In this document: piece by piece, positions 56,796-64,000 of the stretch
Numbering within the stretch: the first letter of the stretch is position 1
Layout of the letters: each line of letters starts with the position of its first letter
Assembly: GCF_022045235.1 (NCBI RefSeq)
Contig: NW_027266274.1
Coordinates: 4,340,001-4,404,000 of the forward strand
Direction of reading: 5' to 3'
Length of the DNA stretch: 64,000 bases
DNA from: Haliotis cracherodii
Taxonomy: Eukaryota
Program-made: the position numbers and the translations under genes
Notes under the pieces: model-generated
The model's input: only the letters and a program-made list of their open reading frames with translations
Database searches by the model: none
Told to the model about the DNA's origin: nothing

Positions 56796-58526
56796 TCACC
56801 ATGGTATTACATCTCCGTTGGTTGAGTGAAGTAGACCAACTGAGTTTTCATTGAATGATGCAAGCGTCTGCAAAAGCTTTCTTATGCACTCCTCAACCGA
56901 GATTGGTGCATCAGAACCTCCCATATTCGTCCTAACATGACCAGGGTTCACGGCTGCCACTAAAATACCATCATTACAGAGTTCTCTCCCCATGATGTTC
57001 GTTGCCATGGTGAGGGCAGCCTTGGAGCAGATGTAGCCATACCAGGGATGCTTCATATTCTTGACACAGAATGACACGGAACTGAGTCCTGTCGACACAT
57101 TGATGATGGCCGCCCGGTTACAACTGAGGGAGGACAAGCTGTTGTTGGCAGCCTTCAGAAGCAGTGGGAGGAGGTTCTTGGACACCATCATAGGTCCTGC
57201 GAGAAAACGCTCATGATAAACAGAGTACCTTAGGTACCTTAAATCAAGACAACTTCAAGATTTTATGTTTGCTCCAGACCAATTTTCTAAGAACCATACA
57301 TTAGGTTAGTTCAAAGACTGCAATAATATCACATAGCTTTATATTATGTCCTGGCGTTTTTGGTTTACAACTGTTAGGCCCAAACAATTCAGGTCCGTTG
57401 GTCGAAGAAAGTAAATATACCAAAAATCCAGTTTCCAATATTATTTTGTGTATCCTCTTGGGATTCGTCATAATTCGTAGTGTTTTTGAAGTGTTTAAGA
57501 TGAATGTTCAACAAGTGTTAATTATAGTATTTTATAATAGTATAATATATCTATATTGATAGCGACAATAAATGAGTTGTTTTTAGCTTTGTACCTATTT
57601 CCGGGCGGCGGAATAAAAACATTATTTTTTTCACAAATTTTTTTTTGGGATTCGGCGGATTCGTAAACCAAATTGTTTTAAAAGTCTTGCCTAAGGTTTT
57701 AAGCAAGTTCACTTGTTCCTGAGGCAAGGGAGTTAACTGACAATAAAAGTCTTAGGGACAGACTATTTCTGCAGAATTGTCTGCTGCGGCGCAGTTCGCT
57801 GTGTAAAGTTATGTTCCTTAGGCGTGCCAGGAACCTATGACGAGTGGTTGTATTCCTAGATTCTCCCTGATAATAATCCTTGGTCTATCATCAACATCAC
57901 CCGTCATGCTTCAGGCTTTCCTCCCACGTTGTGCCGACACGCCGTCATATAAATAAAAAATGTTTAATTGGCGTTAGACACAACTGACTTATTTTTTTAA
58001 TATTTAGTTCAACTTGCTTTTACCAGTCACACTGAAAAGTAAGTATATTATGATGCTGAGGGTATTAAGTTTGCATTGACAGTGGAGTATTTTCGCAAAA
58101 TAATTTGAAAGAATTCTGGGAGACATTCTTTCAATGCGAATTATTTTAATATTAGTGCGTACCAGCCGTGTTGCAGTCGAAGTGATCCACGAGATCCTCC
58201 CTCGTCACGTCCCTCACACCAGACATTTTGGACAATATGGCGGCGTTGTTGATGAGCAAATTCAGCCCATCCTCTCCCAGCACCTGCTCAGCAGTGACCA
58301 CCGCCTGCTTGATATCCTGGTCACTCCTGATGTCCAACTTGACCACAACAACTTCAGGGTGGGCAGCAGCTATGTCCCGAAGCTGACGTGCCTCGTCGTT
58401 GGTGGGGTCTAAACACGAAGCTAGGAGATGCCGCGGGGGGTGGGGCAGGTGCACGAGCTGCCGGACTAGTTCTAGGCCTATACCCCTGGAACATCCTGTT
58501 ATAAACACTGACCTTGGGTTCAGCAT
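56796..58526 (-). CDS. C-factor (CsgA)/sniffer-like classical short-chain dehydrogenase/reductase, 2 exons, 254 aa
   Basis: Exons 58526-58163 and 57196-56796 (phase-1 GT-AG, 765 nt). Motifs TGCSRGIG, LLINNAAI, INVST, catalytic YICSK, VNPGHVRTNMGG, terminal IPW; minus-strand AATAAA at 56734-56739. Confidence 0.93.
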
Positions 58527-60122
58527 TGCAGCCTGATTTCTGAAAACTGATATCAGCTTGACGTGACTTCATTGTCTCCGGTGTGATTGGGTATTACCTT
58601 CTTCAAGTCATCCTCGAATATCCAGTGTGTTATATCTCTATTCCGTTAGAGAATTTATAGAATGGAGATATTACACACTGGATAATAGACATGGGCGGAA
58701 ACAGCTTTTTTGAAAAAGGGGGTGGGGTTGTTGTTGCACAATTAAGATCTATTTATTGTCTTAGGTGGTAATTTATACAGAAGTAAAGATTTTGTTCGAA
58801 ATAAAAAAAAAGGGGGGGGGGGGGGGGGGGGGGCGCCCATGATAGAGGATGACCTTGTGTGTGACTGCCGGATACCATTGTTAGTACACGTGGCAGGAGA
58901 GGAGACGACGTTATGCCGTCTCTAAGCTGACGTGCATAGTTTTTGAATAGCGTCACACAAAGAAACATTACCACATTTCTTTGATATATATGCAAAAAGA
59001 GAAAAACATCATTTATTGCGAAATTCGACGGACGAAATATGCAGAGGCGTGTAACATTTGCATTTGAAATTAAACATTCCCAGTCACACACCGGTCGGGT
59101 GGTGTCCTTATGGAACTGAGATACAATATTCCCATTTAATATTAGGACAAATAAAGAATTTGAAACAGCCTTATCATTGGTTTCAAAAGGAAACTTGCAA
59201 ATAAATTCTAGAAAGAATCTAATATAGCCACTTGAAATAGAATGACGAAATATCGCAATTATTATTGAACGAAGATAGCTGCATGTGTGGTAATACTGAA
59301 AGAGTGAAAACAAGTCATTCCGCAGATAAGGAATATTACTTACAGTTTTGAAAAAAATTGTAAAATGCGCTTTTCATGAAATAACCATTTTGGTAGCGAC
59401 ACACGCCATCATCGAGTTCTGATCAAGTGGGGGCGACGTATGTGGTTAAAGCGGTCGCTCGTTACGCCGAAAACCCGGGTTCGATTCTCCACATGGGTAC
59501 AAAGTGTGAAGCCCATTTCTGGTGTCCCCCGTCGTGATTTTGCTGCAATATTGCTAAAAGCAAAATTTCGTGATTCTATCTCAAGGGGCGGGGACTATAA
59601 GGCTTAACTTTGTTGCATATTTCATCACAAGAGAGATGCTGGCGGATGAATATAACAAAAATCCTTGGGGACGACCATTTGTTTTCTGTTTTTGTAAAAC
59701 CAGAGTAGAACAACGTTTTCACGCATGCTTGCGTGCTCACACTTGGTCCAATAGCCCTGATCAGAAATACATAATTAATTCTTACAATTTTCTTTAACGA
59801 GTAACGAGAATGGCGGTAACGCTTCGTCTGTTCAAGAAGAACGGGAACGACGTATAGCTGTTGCTGATGAACTCAAGGTTCATCTAGATCCATCTAGATC
59901 TATTTGTTTGTCTATTTGTTTTAAAAGAAAAATAGTCCGACATATATTCGACCGCTAGCTTATTGGTTGGGTCTGGATATACAATTTGTAACAAAGTATA
60001 CAAAAGTATTTATTATCAAAGTAATTTCGGAAGTCATTTAAAGTTACGAGCAATGTACAAACACATTGGAAGGTTCCGAATGCCTTTGATGCAAGGGCGG
60101 GTAACTCTAAAGTATCGAGAAA

Positions 60123-63100
60123 ATGGCGGAAGCTCGTTTACCAAACGCAGGTGAAAATAATTCTACAATCAATGGCATTTGCATCAACTGATTTTACATA
60201 TTAACGTAGCAATAATACATATGCCGTAGTAATTACTAATCAAATGATATAGTATTGCATTAAATACCAAATCTGGTATCATAGACACGAAAACATTACC
60301 CGAAAAAGCCTAAAGTTTGTTACTGCCAGGGAAAGTAGAAGCGAAACAAGGAAGTTAGGTTACAACTTAGGCCTAGACTGGGGGATGAGTGGCATCGATC
60401 CTCCGGGTCTTACTTTCATTGGAAATAAATTACAAGCTCCATTAACATTAGTTGTAAAGTACTCTAAGCAAATTAAATGCGTATAACTTGATACCAACTC
60501 TTGTTAGCAACGGGTAAGCAGGGAGTTAGTTCCCTTATATTGCATCCCACAGTGCTTTGGGATACTGTACTAAATATAGGCACAACTCATCGTATATTAT
60601 CAGAAATATTTGTAGTGATTAGTTGCTGAGAAGACAGAGATACAGTACTATTTATTTAATATGGCCCAGAACATAGGTAGGACTATTGGTGCACTATCTA
60701 TTGACATAGCAAATGGCTTGATTACCAGTAAATATCCCCCATGGTCTTAATTATTTTACCGTTTTTGTATCCAGTAAAGGAAATTAGTCATGACAGATAA
60801 TATTCCTCTGCAGATTATAGCTGTTATAGATATTGATTTTGAACCCTGTGACAGTGCCTATTCTAAATAATTTGTAGATTAAAATGCATCCAGTAAACCA
60901 TATGAGTTACAGGGATACTGATGGTATGCATTATAATTCAATGATTCAAGACATTGAATCATAATTTCTTTGCACAGTTGTCATGTGGACCAGGGCCCGT
61001 TTCAACAAAGTGATCTTTGTGTTATTATTTGTACGTCTAATTATTGGAAATATGATTGGATTGTCTTGGCACTAAAATTGCTTTGTTGAATGAGACCCTG
61101 ATTTACATATAACAATAGAAGTTTCTGATAAATTAGGTACATCCAGTTGCAACACTTGTTAGTAACAGTATGTAACACGATGTGCTTTGTCAGTGACCTC
61201 TGAGGAGTTGGACTTGAAGACTGTGAGAGTCGTGCTGGTGGTTGAGGGCCTAGAGGTGGGACCCCTTGGTGGCAAGAAGAATGCAGATGTCATCGTAGAC
61301 TTTAAGGAAACGTGAGTTTGATATCACAGTTTGACAGCTTTTACAGTGATCATAGGCATGATTTCTTGCAGTGAAGTTCATGCATGTTTATGTCATTCAT
61401 CGCCACCTTCTGTGAATATGGTTCACTGATATTGTCGTGACTTACATTTCAACGTGTTCAAACATGCATATCAAATGTTTTGTCTGAAAACATTTATATT
61501 TTGATCTGGTGAACAGGTATTTATCAAAAATTTGCAACTAAGTACATATGACAGGCAAATATATTAGGAGAAAATATTGTTTTTGTCCAGACATGGGAAT
61601 TCTTTGAGTGCAGTAATTGAAAGTTAGCATTAGGCTGTTTGTCTTAATCATGTTGATTGGTCCTGTTGTCAGAGAAGTATGAGTCATCTTTTAAAACTTA
61701 AACATTACATGTATCATTAGATACATCTTCACAAGGCAAGGGCGTTAACTTACTATAAAAGTCCAGTTTCCACCCTTGCCAAACTACGCTGGACTTTCGT
61801 GGCTCGATCGTAGCGCCACCAGTGGCTATTAAGAGTTGCGTCACTTCTATGTCCCTCCTACTGATCAACTTCCACCTCTCACATCACTTGCATTTGCTTC
61901 AAACAAATTGGCTGCACCCAGTCAATACAATCTGATCGATAATCAAGATCTCTATTGTAATAAATATAGAATACTAAACGAGCTCCCGTGTAATACCAAT
62001 TTTATGAAACGAGTGAATAGTTCTGGTATCTGACGAGCGAAAGCGAGTCAGATACCACAACTATTCACGAGTTTCATAAAATTGGTTTTACACGAGAGCG
62101 AGTTTAGTATTTTATTTATTACTTGTCATTTATAATGTTTTTAGAATTATACTGTTGAGTGTAAATAGGCTGACACCTACACGATCCTAATGGCATAATC
62201 CAATTGAGTTTAACAGAATAATACTTCAAATACGTCAAAAGTTGAAACGTATGAATTTAATATCATACAGTGGTCCACCTTTAGAATTCAGGCGTTTGTC
62301 CCACAAACTTATCGTAGCGCTAAGGCTATCACAACTCACATAATTTAACTTAGACCAACGACTGTCGTTGCGCTACCGTAGGATCGCCTTGTGGAACGGG
62401 GCCTTGCACCTCAAAGTTTACAATGACGTCACAATACCCGATGACATAATTTGTGGAATTTTGTTGCAAGATCCATCGGCGAAACAATGCCATGTGACGT
62501 CAGCCTAGCAACAAGGTTGCTGGGGTCATCGAGTGTGCATAAGCTCCTCCCAGTGATCTATCATCTCCACATACAATGTCGTTGAATACGCCAGGGGATG
62601 TTGAGAGCTTTCAATATTTGTTCGTGAAACGTGTTCCGAGAGTACATAAGCACGCGTTTTGGTATTACACAATGTGTAATAAAGCTGTATGTTTATTAAA
62701 CGGGTGATCTCTTCACGGGCAAGTAATAAAACGCCTTACCTCATGAAGTGTATCAAATCACTTGAGCACCTTGATTGAAAACATGAAAAGATTTGGATAG
62801 TATCTGTCATCGGCCAGTTGACAGTTCACATGGTTTGCAAATCCTGCAGTCGACCGAGATCTGCACATTAAAATCCATGTTGCTTACGAAAAGGATATCT
62901 TGTTTGTTACTCGATTTGATTGGACTATGCTAAGACTAAGACTATGTAAGTCCAGCCAAACAGTAACACCCTTGCCTCGGGAAGGTGCATTATATACTGA
63001 ATTAGGAAATTCGTTAATTCCTTTTTGCGCTGCCTTTCTTCAAAGACCTGAGCCCACTTGCACAAAGCTATCTTAGCACTAAGATGATCCTAACTCTCAT

Positions 63101-64000
63101 ACTTTAACCTAGGCTTACAATAGTTTAAAGATCGTTTGGTGCAAGTGGGCCCAGGGCTGAATGTCAGCCTCTGAGAATGCAGAGGTAAATACTTACTTGG
63201 GTGAAAATGTTTATCTTCCAGATCATTTTGTGTGCAAGCAGAAGTACGCAGAAAGAAGGGTATTGTGAAATACAAACAGGTTATCAAGAAGCTTCCAGGA
63301 GAAATAGACCCTGACAAATGTTCCTGCAAGGTAATGTAGCAAGATGGTTTTCAATTATTTTTTTTTGTTTATCAAAGTTTTCAGTCAAGATAAAAGACAA
63401 ATTCTTTTCTGTTTTCAACATATTCAAAAGACAACAAATTTCATATGAAAATATAAACATGATAAGAAGTTGTAATGTTTGATTTTGATGTAAAGATTGC
63501 CAAAGATTGTATTTAACAACATGGAAAATGGATATTAAGGATAATCCAGTGTATTATATCTCCATTCTATTTGGAAAGTTCTTTGGACCCTAGCTTCATC
63601 ATCATAGAAGTGATGTCACTATCGCTCCTGTCTCTAGTGTACAGTGAGACTCTTGTTTTAAGAGTGATTTGAATGGATGACTATTTTTAGTCGTCTGCTA
63701 CTCAAATTAATGCTATACTGGCAAATGGGTCCAGTTGTTTTCCTAAAATAGAATGGTAATATGATACACTAGAATGGTAATATGATGCACAGTATAATCG
63801 AGGAGGTAGAATAATGCTATGTTCTTAAATCACCTGAATCGAAGATCATAGTGATATTATGACATGGAACAACCGTTGTGTGTCTGTCCATCTTGTCCAC
63901 TGTCAGTCTGTCCACGTTTTCTCATCGAATGTGACACTGATACAAACTTACCTTTTTTCAGTTCAAGAAGGACCAGATCATCCTTGACCTCAAGAAGAAG
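60123..64000 (+). CDS. CS (p23/SGT1/CacyBP-like) domain protein, 5' part, truncated by the window end
   Basis: Exons 60123-60150, 61194-61311, 63222-63330, 63962->64000 are phase-consistent GT-AG. Peptide ...VIVDFKETSFCVQAEV...KKLPGEIDPDKCSCKFKKDQIILDLKKK fits the CS beta-sandwich pattern. The ATG lies in AAAATGGCGG (YY1-like). Confidence 0.7.
61958..62730 (+). mobile_element. Non-autonomous element with a 160-bp terminal palindrome, nested inside a TIR element (about 61722-62990)
   Basis: Palindrome 61958-62120 with apex tgac-gagcgaaagcga-gtca; homolog at 43983-44935; outer TIR cttcMcRaggcaagggYgtta. Confidence 0.7.
63048..63153. mobile_element. About 105-bp MITE
   Basis: TIRs ctgRgcccacttgcac / gtgcaagtgggcccag; related copies at about 10235-10340, 60991-61100 and 62290-62405. 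Confidence 0.6.

Noticed and set aside
58753-59313. 186-aa minus-strand ORF
   Set aside because: Non-ATG start, runs through a poly-G/poly-A tract, no motifs
59636-59880. Protein-like stretch upstream of the CS gene (SVQEERERRIAVADELK)
   Set aside because: Interrupted frame and no convincing splice sites or family motif

Overview
Repeat-rich, intron-rich animal genomic DNA. The SINE, Helentron-like and MITE repertoire suggests a mollusc, probably a gastropod such as abalone (inference). Four host genes were reconstructed by hand from GT-AG exons. (1) A DHDH-like dihydrodiol/D-xylose dehydrogenase (+, 7 exons, 2261-11294, 332 aa). (2) An SCYL2 pseudokinase (+, 16 coding exons, 21855-51735, 960 aa). 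(3) A C-factor/sniffer-type SDR oxidoreductase (-, 2 exons, 58526-56796, 254 aa). (4) The 5' part of a CS/p23-like domain gene (+, from 60123, truncated by the window end). The standout is a young, structurally complete DIRS1-type tyrosine-recombinase retrotransposon (30199-36137) in an SCYL2 intron, with matched ITRs, an internal complementary region, gag, RT-RNaseH-methyltransferase and recombinase. One extra C at 34027-34031 fuses pol and recombinase into a single 1096-aa ORF. Removing it restores about 2 kb of dual-coding overlap and a gag-TGA-C-recombinase in-frame arrangement. Also present are a decayed Tc1, hAT-, Kolobok-, IS3EU- and Helentron-type non-autonomous elements, three SINE families, a 6.8-kb 16-bp satellite, many minisatellites (two grown out of splice sites), a candidate SCYL2 microexon with a nearby double hairpin, and a 44-kb-spaced inverted duplication. 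Most long ORFs in the track are tandem-repeat artefacts. I found no clearly unprecedented system; the best leads are the DIRS coding architecture and the microexon/hairpin region.
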